Assembly: GCF_003334255.1 (NCBI RefSeq)
Contig: NZ_QOWU01000258.1
DNA: 350 nucleotides
Source: Escherichia coli
Lineage (GTDB): Bacteria; Pseudomonadota; Gammaproteobacteria; Enterobacterales; Enterobacteriaceae
Reading direction: 5' to 3' (one strand)
Numbering within the stretch: position 1 is the stretch's first letter; the number at the start of each line of letters is the position of its first letter. Below, piece after piece: positions 1 to 350 of the stretch. The translations under genes were made by a program, and so were the position numbers. The notes below the pieces were generated by a model. It saw only the letters and a list, made by a program, of their open reading frames with translations, was not told the origin of the DNA and ran no database searches.

Positions 1-24
1 GCAAACTGCTCCGGAGGCAACCAT
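1..24 (-). CDS. Probable 5' end of a downstream gene (partial, continues beyond window position 1); start codon overlaps the stop of the upstream ORF (TAATG)
   Basis: Minus strand reads CAG AGG CTG TAA TGG TTG CCT CCG GAG CAG TTT GC. The ATG at 24..22 shares its A with the TAA stop. The frame M-V-A-S-G-A-V-C is open to the window edge. AGAGG lies 5 nt upstream of the ATG. Only 8 codons are visible, so this is an inference; an alternative start in a different frame at 58..56 is also possible. Confidence 0.3.
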
Positions 25-287
25 TACAGCCTCTGTAACGGATTATCAGCCCTGGCATCTTCCGACGGCACCTCCTGCCGCCCCCACGCCCTGCTGTATA
101 CCCCGGTACCGCAGCGTGGGCAGCACTTTTCCCCCTCATAATCTTCGTCACACATCACACAAAACCACTTTCTCACCTTCACCGTATAATCCGGAACCGT
201 CATGCCCTGCAGATGCAAACGACGGGCCTCTTTCTCTGCCGGGTCAAGCCAGGTACATCGCAGCAGGATTTTTTCAGCGACAGTCAT
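24..287 (-). CDS. Hypothetical small cysteine-rich protein, putative zinc-ribbon/zinc-binding; 87 aa from first in-window ATG, possibly N-terminally longer with start beyond position 350
   Basis: Supplied six-frame ORF, re-derived by hand: ATG at 287..285, TAA stop at 26..24, no internal stops. Six Cys in 87 aa, five of them clustered as C43-x2-C46-x8-C55-C56-x2-C59 (CVMCDEDYEGEKCCPRC), followed by a GTG motif. No + strand ORF competes. The same frame is open for 21 more codons upstream (288..350), and no Shine-Dalgarno precedes the ATG (minus-strand upstream sequence TTTGAACATGACCAG), so the start is uncertain. Confidence 0.72.
   Translation of the reverse strand: MTVAEKILLRCTWLDPAEKEARRLHLQGMTVPDYTVKVRKWFCVMCDEDYEGEKCCPRCGTGVYSRAWGRQEVPSEDARADNPLQRL
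30..34 (-). promoter_or_regulatory. Candidate Shine-Dalgarno (AGAGG) for the downstream overlapping start at 24..22
   Basis: Minus-strand AGAGG at 34..30 is followed by a 5-nt spacer (CTGTA) and then ATG at 24..22. The spacing is canonical, but the motif is embedded in the last codons (Q-R-L) of the upstream ORF, so it could be coincidental. Confidence 0.25.
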
Positions 288-350
288 CTGGTCATGTTCA
301 AACCACGGTGGTTGTCCGTCATTGCCCCGCTGAAGTGTTAACGGGCATCC

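Noticed and set aside
9-16. 8-bp perfect palindrome CTCCGGAG just downstream of the ORF stop; a second 8-bp palindrome CGGTACCG at 104..111
   Set aside because: About one 8-bp palindrome is expected by chance in 350 bp, so two is unremarkable. Neither has a loop or flanking structure suggesting an operator or hairpin, and both lie in coding sequence.
1-23. Possible intrinsic terminator after the ORF stop
   Set aside because: There is no GC-rich stem-loop with a usable loop followed by a U-tract on the minus strand (only TTT in GCAGTTTGC). The stop-start overlap argues for read-through into a downstream gene instead.
87-119. Resemblance of CPRCGTGVYSR to zinc fingers of lambdoid Q-type antiterminators or DnaJ-type CxxCxGxG motifs
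   Set aside because: This rests on recalled motif similarity only. The spacing between Cys pairs (8 residues) and the overall length differ from what I recall for those families, the glycine register is shifted by one, and I cannot verify it without a database search. Not called.
127-135. Homopolymeric tract T4C5 (G5A4 on the coding strand) as a potential slipped-strand phase-variation site
   Set aside because: Runs of 4-5 nt are too short for efficient slippage. The tract encodes E-G-E-K in frame and shows no sign of being a contingency locus.
149-168. CA-rich low-complexity stretch (cacacatcacacaaaacca)
   Set aside because: It is explained by minus-strand codons for W-F-C-V-M-C-D-E. There is no tandem repeat unit of consistent period, so it is not a microsatellite or CRISPR-like repeat.
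185-190. Perfect TATAAT hexamer on the + strand (possible antisense -10 promoter element)
   Set aside because: No acceptable -35 at 16-18 bp spacing (the best candidates are AAACCA-like) and no TG extended -10. The hexamer falls out of the minus-strand codons GAT TAT ACG GTG (D-Y-T-V), and no + strand ORF or obvious RNA lies downstream. Most likely coincidental.
284-322. ATGA overlap at the ORF start suggesting an upstream gene terminating on the start codon
   Set aside because: The frame ending at TGA 286..284 is closed by TAA at 340..338 and contains only a 12-codon mini-ORF (ATG at 322..320). It is too short and has no SD, so the ATGA is most likely coincidental.

Overview
This 350-bp window (196 G+C of 350, about 56% GC) is almost entirely coding on the minus strand. 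The main feature is a minus-strand ORF (24..287, 87 aa from the first in-window ATG) encoding a small cysteine-rich protein with a C-terminal CxxC-x8-CCxxC cluster, which looks like a zinc-ribbon or zinc-binding module. I cannot assign it to a named family from sequence alone, and a homology search would be decisive. Its frame stays open upstream to the window edge and the first ATG has no recognisable Shine-Dalgarno, so the true start may lie beyond position 350. Its TAA stop overlaps an ATG (TAATG) preceded by an AGAGG Shine-Dalgarno-like motif, suggesting a translationally coupled downstream gene that runs off the window at position 1. A second candidate start (perfect AGGAGGTG followed by an ATG in another frame) lies inside the 3' end of the ORF. 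Arginine codon usage is skewed toward codons that are rare in enterobacteria, consistent with a horizontally acquired (phage, prophage or island) gene, though the host is unknown. No RNA genes, CRISPR repeats, mobile-element termini, convincing promoters or terminators are visible. I see a tightly packed small-gene operon fragment, not a demonstrably novel system; the zinc-ribbon protein and its coupled neighbour are the parts worth following up.
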